This document shows positions 57,401 to 64,000 of a stretch of DNA of 64,000 nucleotides, piece after piece. The stretch is from Alphaproteobacteria bacterium UBA3773 (GTDB taxonomy: Bacteria; Pseudomonadota; Alphaproteobacteria; RF32; CAG-239), in assembly GCA_002372275.1 (NCBI GenBank), contig DFFP01000025.1:2157-66156 (forward strand). Direction: 5' to 3'. The notes below the pieces were generated by a model. It searched no databases and was not told where the DNA came from. It was given only the letters and a program-made list of their open reading frames with translations. A program made the translations under genes and the position numbers. Each line of letters opens with the position of its first letter. Positions within the stretch are counted from its first letter, which is position 1.

Positions 57401-58190
57401 GACTTTGAATATCTTCACATAAAGGATCAATTATGGATGATTTAATTGCTTGGTAACCTTTTGAAAAATCGCCGCTGTGAATTTCAAAATGAAGGTGCGG
57501 ACCATAAGGTTTACAAGGACCGTCCGGATAAGGATAGTCGCAAAGGGTGTTTGTGGCTGTGTGGTAGTTTGAACCGCCGACATGTCCGATCGGATCGCCT
57601 TTTTTGACATGACCTCCTGTTTTAATGTAATCTTTTAAGTGAAGATAAACTGTGACATATTTATTATCACAAGAGCCGGATGAACCTTTGGCCGAACACT
57701 TACATGCTTTGGTGTGTTCGATCATGATGGCACGTCCACCACCGCCTAAGGGTTTTGCCCAGACGATGTTGCCGTCAGCCGCGGCTGTGACAAGTGTGCC
57801 GGCATCGGCAGCATAGTCTGTGCCGAGGTGATTACGCGGTTTCGGGTTGCCACCGGCACCATTTGCACGATAACAGTTTGTTTCGGCAACTCTGTTAATT
57901 TTTGAAACAGGCATGGTATCTAGGCACGAACATGACTGCGCATTTCTGTTCATAATACACGCCGTGTCGACATCGTTTCGTTTGCCACTCGGACATGTTT
58001 TTTCAAGCTTGCCGCCGGAAGTTGAAAGCGTACATGTCCCGTTTGAACAATCTTTGCCGCCGCAAGAATCACCTGATGAAGAACGAGATGAAAAGTCAAA
58101 AAGCTGTGCACAGGCCAAATGGCTGTTTTCCACCATTAAGAACATGAAAAACAAAGAAAAAAACAAGTAATGTGATTTAATTTTTTTCAT
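54480..58190 (-). CDS. M23 peptidase / VirB6(TrbL)-like polytopic membrane protein fusion with long YD-like C-terminal extension
   Basis: Signal peptide. M23 motifs NHLGTD (HxxxD) and GPHLHFEIH (HxH) at aa ~105-255. VirB6-like TM core at aa ~320-640 (DKCYFCPIFKVLFNT, LMPAAIGAWAFPKQASYLKKIW). Hydrophilic tail of about 590 aa. Confidence 0.7.
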   Translation of the reverse strand: MKKIKSHYLFFSLFFMFLMVENSHLACAQLFDFSSRSSSGDSCGGKDCSNGTCTLSTSGGKLEKTCPSGKRNDVDTACIMNRNAQSCSCLDTMPVSKINRVAETNCYRANGAGGNPKPRNHLGTDYAADAGTLVTAAADGNIVWAKPLGGGGRAIMIEHTKACKCSAKGSSGSCDNKYVTVYLHLKDYIKTGGHVKKGDPIGHVGGSNYHTATNTLCDYPYPDGPCKPYGPHLHFEIHSGDFSKGYQAIKSSIIDPLCEDIQSLCGGGSEDYSTEECLDKKEGEPRETLSDAAQQSKSVAYAAGITETPAGEGMAQTTNNDCEWHQYMPDSDKCYFCPIFKVLFNTASRLAQKAYQTLAGGIAVVVVIFFALWTGLFVLKNIAALQAVKPSKMIQEWLVQAFRVLLVVLILRVSYAHILRLTLAPVFNTGMAYAQTISTETKCSGSYMEGLMGYDKELTDKSQGALPVSMGQNILCAIKTMQDGVWKIVAFGREVVCIGVYIEKIIFGMLPNPGYVLTGLLLMIGGLILVLAFPWCLIDCVLNMAIASALMPAAIGAWAFPKQASYLKKIWDYFMNAMFQFVFLSIILYIILQATQDLLSGLDAYATDYKKIVSPLTGLAFWGVNFIKLMTICLLGWVFLDNGTKLAGEFAKAPDLDIGRKTGGFFAQAAERVALGGKDEETGKRSGGVLGIGKELGKFGWAAGGYYIGTPIRNRRIAKKMENVKKNGEAIKDDQGNIIGYKLDVGQGKGNKLFDQLNPHKTTRFAMLNKDGSFSYSEQQHSIKEQIKGAAQGLVNQARLSNTLSNTAKVEDLLNGKLENGQSQTTSADGKTQQIFNENGELIRTINKDENGNITMTNAKGEVIAKKTTDADGNTVISRRNHSGGFNETVFDQNHNLISANVTHHNLRGRQVTLNIKQNAAGGYEMTKSTASLRAKILASLASKGSKLESFANTYGAHHQTDLSGAPKFQDTVQKDQFFAVRNVTDQNGNIVHRDFAFKTDADKYIVQRDGRLNMSLIENLRQNTGLSQELVNEAIMHTVMKDRHMDIANSFQSRETIHQDGKTIITQINNDGSQTVVTSEILNGQMLIHMRTADKNGNITQITDNGVVRRTTTKQEGKEAVSHYNFDERFVRNSSVQNLMNFGGQLGRFAPSIDPNSAMWGLTDEDRVAFAKQENERKNQRNKHEKTTLEEFLNFAISDQEERAQEEQRREQEEQQREEYRSRWEGTNENPDSGS

Positions 58191-58194
58191 AGTT

Positions 58195-60288
58195 TTATTC
58201 CTGACTTTCCTCTTTTTCTTTTTTCTCTTCCCAATCTGCCCATTCTTTTTGTCTTAAGTATTCTTCATTTGCTTTGGGTTTGTTGTTCTGCATGGCATCG
58301 CCCGTGCCTTCTAAAATTTTTCCGGGAACTTTCCATACATTTCCGACACCTTTAAGGAATTTATCACCGTATTTTTGAGTGTATGCCTCTCCATAATCTA
58401 GGACATTTTTGACGACAAATTTGGTGCGCCTATAACCATTTCTAACAGATTCACGAAGATCTACACCATTTTGAAGAGCTTTACTTGAAGCATTAATTGC
58501 TCCATTAACAATTATATCCGGTGTTTTTAAGGCAGCATTAGCAATTTTTAAGTGGGTTGTGGAAGCGACCGACGCAACTTTCGATGCAGTTCTGTAAAAA
58601 CTTGTTGCTATGTTACGGCGAATGCGTTTTTGTGCCCAATTAACCCATCCGTCTTCAGATTTTTCAGCTAATTTTCCATTATTGATGCGATCAACGTTTC
58701 TGTTTGCCCAATTAGCAATTTTTTGAGTTCTTCCTTCCAACATATTACTGAGTTTTTCTGAACTTTTATGGCGCCATTTGGCTAATTTATTTTCTGAAAA
58801 CGCTTGTTTTATTTCTTCTGCTTTATTGTTAATTTTTTGATTTAGATCGTTTAGAGGACCTTTTTTAAGCAATTTTCTATCAAGCGAATCCTTGAGAATT
58901 TCAAGTTTTTCATTTGCCTCTTGTTGATTTTGAGCATGCCACTCGGCAGCTTTTTGAGGGATATCCAGCACGCCGGAATTGTTAATGGCTTGCCTCAAAG
59001 CTGACGGATTGGCGTTTCTTTGTGCTTCATTTTGACGAATCTGGGCATTGATATTGTCTATATTGTTTTGGTAATTTTCTTTTTTTGTTTGTGCCTGTTG
59101 GGCAACAGTTTCGTTGGCAGCATTTTTTTGTTCGGCAACGTGTGCTTGAAAAGCTTCTCTTCCCTCGCCGGAGAGTATGGCTGAACCAAGGGTGCTTTTA
59201 AGCCCGAATTTAATATTATTACCTCTTTGCTTAAAATATTTTTCTACGGAAGCGCCACCGCTTCTAAGATTTGCTAATGCCTTCTTGCTTGTTTCTTTCG
59301 GATTTCGAATGGCAACGCCTGCCTGATGTATACCGCTTTTGATTTGATTATGATATTTCCCTTGTATGAGTTTTCCGGTACCTGATACAACGTGTCCGCC
59401 TAAATTGTTTACAACATCACGTGTATAGGCGGCCACAGGTGCCACGGCTTTTTGTTTGACAAAGTCAACGCCTTGGGTTGAGAGCATATGCATTGGTGAG
59501 GCTTTTGAGCCTTTACCAAACATTTGATCGGGGAAAAATTTGTCAACATAATCCGGAATGGTGGATCCAATCATTTTCATGCCATAAATGAGGACAACAA
59601 CAATAAGTAAAAATGTACCGGAAGTAAGTGAAAATGTTTCAGAAACAAATGTCGTTTTATTGTGTGTTAAGGCATCCATAATAGGTGGAAGAGCACCTAA
59701 AGCTTCAATCAGCATATTTAATGCATAGGCGGTTGTGATGGAAAGAAAAACAAGAATGCCGGCACTTTTTAAGAAAACACTGATACAAACCATGAGTTTG
59801 TCTTTGGTCCATGAAAACGGCCATAAAGCAATTGCAATCGGCAGAACGATAATTGAAAAACCCAATTTAAATGAAACATCTACAATATAAAACGTGACAC
59901 TTAACACGAGCATAAATCCGAAACAATAAACAATTGCACCGCAAAGCCATATCGGAATGTTTGCCCAATCAAAAAGATGGATACCTAAAACTGTAGCCTC
60001 CCACGGATCACCATAAACAGCATGACACATTAAAGTATCTCCTAAGACCTGGATACTTATCAGGTTATCCGAAATATTTTGAACGCTGTTTGAAAAATTA
60101 TTTAACAAGCTTATGGGGATAATACTGCCTTTTAAGGAAACATCTTGGAATGTAGGCTTAGCTTTTGCTTTAAGAACTGCACATTTACTTTGTTTTTCAG
60201 ACCTCGAAAGAGCATAACCCTCAGAAGTCGGCAAAACAAAAAAGGTTGTTAAAATAAGTAAAAGAAATATGCATATCTTTTTAACCAC
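58195..60288 (-). CDS. VirB6(TrbL)-like protein, C-terminal half of the TM core plus long basic/coiled extension
   Basis: GTG start preceded by GGAGGA. TLMCHAV...FYIVDVSFKLGFSIIVLPIAIALWPFSWTKDKL aligns with the second half of the 458-aa paralogue. About 430-aa hydrophilic tail. Confidence 0.65.
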   Translation of the reverse strand: MVKKICIFLLLILTTFFVLPTSEGYALSRSEKQSKCAVLKAKAKPTFQDVSLKGSIIPISLLNNFSNSVQNISDNLISIQVLGDTLMCHAVYGDPWEATVLGIHLFDWANIPIWLCGAIVYCFGFMLVLSVTFYIVDVSFKLGFSIIVLPIAIALWPFSWTKDKLMVCISVFLKSAGILVFLSITTAYALNMLIEALGALPPIMDALTHNKTTFVSETFSLTSGTFLLIVVVLIYGMKMIGSTIPDYVDKFFPDQMFGKGSKASPMHMLSTQGVDFVKQKAVAPVAAYTRDVVNNLGGHVVSGTGKLIQGKYHNQIKSGIHQAGVAIRNPKETSKKALANLRSGGASVEKYFKQRGNNIKFGLKSTLGSAILSGEGREAFQAHVAEQKNAANETVAQQAQTKKENYQNNIDNINAQIRQNEAQRNANPSALRQAINNSGVLDIPQKAAEWHAQNQQEANEKLEILKDSLDRKLLKKGPLNDLNQKINNKAEEIKQAFSENKLAKWRHKSSEKLSNMLEGRTQKIANWANRNVDRINNGKLAEKSEDGWVNWAQKRIRRNIATSFYRTASKVASVASTTHLKIANAALKTPDIIVNGAINASSKALQNGVDLRESVRNGYRRTKFVVKNVLDYGEAYTQKYGDKFLKGVGNVWKVPGKILEGTGDAMQNNKPKANEEYLRQKEWADWEEKKEKEESQE

Positions 60289-61042
60289 CGCTTCCTCCGT
60301 TGATATATGTTTGTACTATATTGTTTCCGAGTGCTGAAACGGAATCGGCTACATCAATACCCATTTCTAGAATAGGAACGAGTGTGTAATGTAAAATAGT
60401 GGACATGCCGGAATTAATAATCACAAGAGCCAATACAACCTTAAAGCATTGAACAAAAAATTCTTGCAAAAGTTTCATCGGTTCAACGGAAGTAAACGCT
60501 GTGACATTTTTGAAAACAAAAAAAGCCAGCCAGATCATCATACACACAAGTGCAACCGCATTGGCTGCCTGCCGGGATATATCATAGGCATGGGAAGCTG
60601 CTGTGATAAAGGCAGAGATAAGAGTTTTAATAATAATGCAACCGTAACAGGTGGAATATTTTATAAAGAAATTTGACGCAATACACTGTTTGCCTCTTCG
60701 GTGTGAACCTTCTATAAGACCAAGGTACCCGTTGTAGGTGTCACCTGAAATACCGCCATCTTTTGCATGTGAACAATCACCCGAAGGTTTTGATGACGAG
60801 CAATAAAAAACTTCTTTGTGCTTTTGTTGAATACACAGTGTCCACATGTTACATTCCCACTCATGGCATTTATAACATTTGTTGTCTTTTAGATTACACA
60901 TGTTCATATCGCCATCATCCTTCATACCGCATACAACTTCGACTTTTCCGCTTGAGGGATCGGGCATTAAACGCTGAGATAAAGCAGGTTTTGAACTTAA
61001 GATTAACAAGAAGAGAAGAATATGAAAGAAGATATGTTTCAT
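60281..61042 (-). CDS. VirB6(TrbL)-like protein, N-terminal half only (Cys-rich periplasmic region plus first TM segments)
   Basis: Signal peptide and Cys-rich region. STCYGCIIIKTLISA and FVFKNVTAFTSVEPMKLLQEFFVQCFKVVLALVII align with the first half of the paralogues. Ends GGSGG and overlaps the next ORF by 8 nt. Confidence 0.6.
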   Translation of the reverse strand: MKHIFFHILLFLLILSSKPALSQRLMPDPSSGKVEVVCGMKDDGDMNMCNLKDNKCYKCHEWECNMWTLCIQQKHKEVFYCSSSKPSGDCSHAKDGGISGDTYNGYLGLIEGSHRRGKQCIASNFFIKYSTCYGCIIIKTLISAFITAASHAYDISRQAANAVALVCMMIWLAFFVFKNVTAFTSVEPMKLLQEFFVQCFKVVLALVIINSGMSTILHYTLVPILEMGIDVADSVSALGNNIVQTYINGGSGG

Positions 61043-61043
61043 T

Positions 61044-62357
61044 TTATTCTCTCCCTGCCAGTTTGTTCATGCGCTCTTGCATTTCTTGTTTCATATGTTG
61101 AGCTTTTTCATGAATCTCTTTTAACTTTTGATTTTTATCAATAACGGATGTAAATACTTTGCTTGCGCCTGCAGTAAAGGAAGAAAGAACTTTTTTAGCA
61201 GCAGAAGCTGCCGCTTTTGCAATTTTCTTTTGGAAATCTGTTCCGGCACCGCCGCCGACAAGTGTGCCCGCTAAGGCAACCGAAATTTCAATACTCTTTA
61301 AAACCAAAAATCCGATTAAAATGAGTGATAATGGCATAATCCCGGCATCAGTAAAGTTTTCGGTTATAAAAAGATCGTAGTTGTTAAGTATAATCATTTG
61401 CATTGCGGCCAGCGACATAGAAACCATAATGGCTATAAATGCCATAATAGCCGCCGAATTTAAAACTGATACAAAACCTGTTTTCGTCCATTTTCGGCTG
61501 AATTTGAACGGATAAGCCATAATAAAACAAGGAAGAAGTATTAACATAATTGTCATGCGGAAAATACTATCGATGATATAAAAAACAAAATCAAGTTTTA
61601 CAATAGCAAAAATGGCAAATAAAATAATCCCGCAAACAACAGAGGATAAAGAGGCAATACCTAAAAGTTTTGTTGCAAGTTGAAAACCGATGTTCATACG
61701 ATCGTTAACCGCACAGGTCAAACACTGCATCATAAAAGAAGGACCTTGCGGAAAATGATTGGCATCGACAACTTCCAAAGCAGGAGGTTCGCATACAATC
61801 GGTTGATCATAAATGAGGCAAAAGCCGTCTTCTTCGTTTCCGAGATATATACCGTCGCTATTACCGCCAAGTTGCATTGAATTTAAGACAGCCCCTCCAT
61901 ATTCTAAAAAAGCGTAGTATATCGGAAAAACGAGTTTATTTAAGACAAACATTAAAAATCCGGTCTGTGAGGCCAATATACCGCAGACAAAGCACGTGAA
62001 AAACATACGCGTTATTTCAGTCCAGACTTCAGAAATGTTTTCAGGAACAACCGATGAAACGTGTTTCAAAAGTCTGATGGAAAGCCAGACAGCAAAGGCC
62101 ATCATCATAAACGGCATGGCACTTTTGGTCACTTTCGGGTAGGCGGCCATGGCTGCTTTTCCCATAACTCTATAAAACGCACTTAAGATGGATGCTTGCC
62201 AACAAGTACGTTGCTGCTCATCCAAATCACTTTCTTCGCCGGCAACAGGCTCATCTTTAATAAGCCCCTCGTCGTTACAAGCTGTTAACATCATAACGGA
62301 ACAGACAATCATTAAGATTGTTCTTAAAAATTTGAATATGTTTTTTTTCTGTTCCAT
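61044..62357 (-). CDS. VirB6(TrbL)-like polytopic membrane lipoprotein
   Basis: Lipobox MLTAC. TM core with MMQCLTCAV and LLPCFIMAYPFKFSRKWTKTGF. Gly/Ala-rich then coiled C-terminus. Confidence 0.65.
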   Translation of the reverse strand: MEQKKNIFKFLRTILMIVCSVMMLTACNDEGLIKDEPVAGEESDLDEQQRTCWQASILSAFYRVMGKAAMAAYPKVTKSAMPFMMMAFAVWLSIRLLKHVSSVVPENISEVWTEITRMFFTCFVCGILASQTGFLMFVLNKLVFPIYYAFLEYGGAVLNSMQLGGNSDGIYLGNEEDGFCLIYDQPIVCEPPALEVVDANHFPQGPSFMMQCLTCAVNDRMNIGFQLATKLLGIASLSSVVCGIILFAIFAIVKLDFVFYIIDSIFRMTIMLILLPCFIMAYPFKFSRKWTKTGFVSVLNSAAIMAFIAIMVSMSLAAMQMIILNNYDLFITENFTDAGIMPLSLILIGFLVLKSIEISVALAGTLVGGGAGTDFQKKIAKAAASAAKKVLSSFTAGASKVFTSVIDKNQKLKEIHEKAQHMKQEMQERMNKLAGRE

Positions 62358-62405
62358 GTTTCCTCGTTTTTATTTTTTGTATATTTGTCAGATTTGAATG
62401 ATATT

Positions 62406-63782
62406 TTATGTTGTCCCGCCGGAACCACCTGAGCCTGAGCCGGAGCCACCTGAGCCTGAGCCGGAACCACCTGAGCCTGAGCCGGCAAATTTAGCACGCG
62501 CTGCATCGTTTCGGGCTGCGATTCGATCTTTTACACCCTTCATTGCACCTGTGGCTCCCGTGACATCTGCGATACCTTTTGCGGCACTCGTTGTCGCGCG
62601 TTTGGCTACTTGAGCTGCCAAACCACCAATCTTACCACCGATGTTTGTGCCGCCTGAGGTACCTGAAATATCATTAGCTAACTGATTAATTTGTTCAATC
62701 AATTTGAAAGCAAAAATACATGAGGCAATCAATACTAAAAATTTACCATTACCGAAGTCAAAAACACTTTTTAATTCATCGACCCTATCACTGTCAATAA
62801 GATCCATCAGGTCATCTGCTGTCATACCGCCACCGCTTAAGGCCTGCATCACCAGTTCGGTAGTAAGCGAAATCACAAGCCCCATCATAATAAAGTTAAA
62901 GGCTGTGTTCATAAAAATATCCCAACCGGCTTTGGTGTATTTTGCTGTGACCTTAAACGGCCATGCGGCAATTAAAAAAGGAAGTAACGTGCAGAAAATA
63001 CCGAAACGCACAACCGAGTCTAAAAGATAAAAACAAGCAGCCAGTGAAATCATCCAGCCAAATCCGTACACAACAAGGCCTTGGATAAACATACTGATGT
63101 CTATCAAAAATTCAGCAGCACGGTGTGTCGAAGCGCACATTAAAGCGGTTCCGACAGCAGGGAGTGTTGCGGTTGAATTGCTGAAAGTTTTAATAGCACC
63201 TTTGACCTGAGCCATCAAATCTACAGAAATGACACCTTTTTGCATTTCAGATTTAGCAGCTTCTGTAGCACTTTGCATGGTGCTTAAAGCCTCTTCATCA
63301 ATAATGGTCAAACCAAACTCAAGAGAAGCTGACATTAAAGGATTGATGATATAGTGATAGGCAAAATTGGAATTTGTCAGAAAAAGCGCTGCAACCAAAG
63401 CCTTGAATGCCTGAAATAAAATGCTTTGCAGATATTTACCTGTATCTTGCTTTGTCAGCGCGGTGACAGTGATTAATGTTTGATAAGCAATAAAAAGCGC
63501 CATTACCACGATCACAACGTTTCGAAAACTGGCAGCAAGAGCACTAAATGAGCTGGTCGCCATGGCTTGATCGGTGTTTAAAATGACCTGAAACACAGGG
63601 CAGAGAATACATTGACCGATGTCAGACATAATTTCGGGTACTTTACGGCAATCGTCAGCAAAGACTTGGCCTGTGTATAAAAGTGCCGTTGTAAATACTA
63701 ACATAAAACAAACAAAAGACAAAGAAGATAAAGAACATCTCTGTTTGATGTTATTGATTATACTGTTTATTTTATTTTTCAT
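62406..63782 (-). CDS. VirB6(TrbL)-like polytopic membrane protein with Gly/Ser-repeat C-terminus
   Basis: GQCILCPVFQVILNT, ALMCASTH, YLLDSVVRFGIFCTLLPFLIAAWPFKVTAKYTKAGW. C-terminal GTSGGTNIGGKIGG...GSGSGGSGSGSGGSGSGSGGSGG. Confidence 0.7.
   Translation of the reverse strand: MKNKINSIINNIKQRCSLSSLSFVCFMLVFTTALLYTGQVFADDCRKVPEIMSDIGQCILCPVFQVILNTDQAMATSSFSALAASFRNVVIVVMALFIAYQTLITVTALTKQDTGKYLQSILFQAFKALVAALFLTNSNFAYHYIINPLMSASLEFGLTIIDEEALSTMQSATEAAKSEMQKGVISVDLMAQVKGAIKTFSNSTATLPAVGTALMCASTHRAAEFLIDISMFIQGLVVYGFGWMISLAACFYLLDSVVRFGIFCTLLPFLIAAWPFKVTAKYTKAGWDIFMNTAFNFIMMGLVISLTTELVMQALSGGGMTADDLMDLIDSDRVDELKSVFDFGNGKFLVLIASCIFAFKLIEQINQLANDISGTSGGTNIGGKIGGLAAQVAKRATTSAAKGIADVTGATGAMKGVKDRIAARNDAARAKFAGSGSGGSGSGSGGSGSGSGGSGGTT
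62415..62483 (-). repeat. In-frame Gly-Ser microsatellite-like repeat
   Basis: ccgccggaaccacctgagcctgagccggagccacctgagcctgagccggaaccacctgagcctgagcc: imperfect 18-nt period encoding (GSGSGG)n at the extreme C-terminus. Confidence 0.8.
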
Positions 63783-63975
63783 GTTCTTTATCCTTGTTTT
63801 GGTCTGCTCTTAAAAAAGGAATACCAAGTACCTTTACAGCTGCCGCGATGGCAATACACAAAAAGATAAAGCTTGTCCATATAAAAGCGGTACTTGATAA
63901 AATGTCAAAAACCTTAAACCGAATTAAAAGTAAAACGGCTCCGAAAAGTAAAAATGTTATCAATACCGATTTCAT
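63772..63975 (-). CDS. Small two-TM membrane protein at the head of the VirB6-like array
   Basis: 67 aa with two hydrophobic segments. AGGAAAAAG Shine-Dalgarno sequence. Its 3' end overlaps the next gene by 11 nt. No VirB2 or VirB3 motif recognised. Confidence 0.45.
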   Translation of the reverse strand: MKSVLITFLLFGAVLLLIRFKVFDILSSTAFIWTSFIFLCIAIAAAVKVLGIPFLRADQNKDKEHEK

Positions 63976-64000
63976 GGCGCAATCTTTTTCCTAGTTTTAA

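Noticed and set aside
62324-62613. ORFs 62324..62506 (-, PAQAQV repeats) and 62398..62613 (+, PEPEPEPP repeats)
   Set aside because: These are alternate-frame or antisense translations of the Gly-Ser repeat at the end of the 458-aa VirB6-like gene.
63772-63975. Assigning the 67-aa two-TM protein as VirB2 (pilin) or VirB3
   Set aside because: It has no signal-peptide-plus-pilin layout and no VirB3-like motif. Size and position alone are insufficient, so it is left as a hypothetical membrane protein.
48629-64000. Calling the 15-kb right-hand block (or the paralogue loci) a mobile element, ICE or prophage
   Set aside because: There is no integrase, relaxase, transposase, phage structural gene, flanking tRNA or direct repeats in the window. 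The filamentous-phage idea (pIV-like secretin) lacks Zot/pI, coat and replication genes.

Overview
AT-rich bacterial chromosome segment. No rRNA, tRNA, CRISPR array, transposase or integrase is recognisable. The backbone looks alphaproteobacterial and Rickettsiales-like by gene order (inference): gyrB; valS / PopZ-like / tolC; gltX; rho; coaE-dnaQ; ldcA plus a MurC-family ligase; trxA; parB-parA-rsmG ... mnmG ... mnmE-mutS; a PhoR-like kinase; dsbD; comF; a sufS-sufT-sufE-sucC-sucD operon; and an RND tripartite efflux pump. Three things stand out against this backbone. (1) The right-hand 15 kb (48.6-64 kb, all minus strand) holds a tight operon of four tandem VirB6/TrbL-like membrane units in five ORFs. 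One unit is fused to an M23 peptidase and one is split in two. It is followed by a dual-HTH XRE regulator and a four-gene operon encoding a short lipoprotein secretin and a highly acidic tandem-repeat protein. No T4SS ATPase or VirB8-11 gene lies in the window, and the array runs to the right edge. (2) Four exported, Cys-rich paralogues are scattered between core genes. Three have BspA-type LRRs, all have YD-like repeats, and all end in the same roughly 25-aa tail (KRIYTVDEA...KNTFKLRYR). (3) Three of these paralogues are followed, in the gene's own orientation, by clusters of short palindromic REP/MITE-like elements with a GGAATGGAT core. Smaller oddities: a SucD-like subunit with Tyr in place of the catalytic His246, a ferredoxin:thioredoxin-reductase-like Cys-rich gene next to trxA, a miniature PopZ/DUF2497-like gene, and structured leaders with terminator-like hairpins upstream of the paralogue genes. 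All functional calls rest on motifs read by eye and need HMM or structure confirmation.
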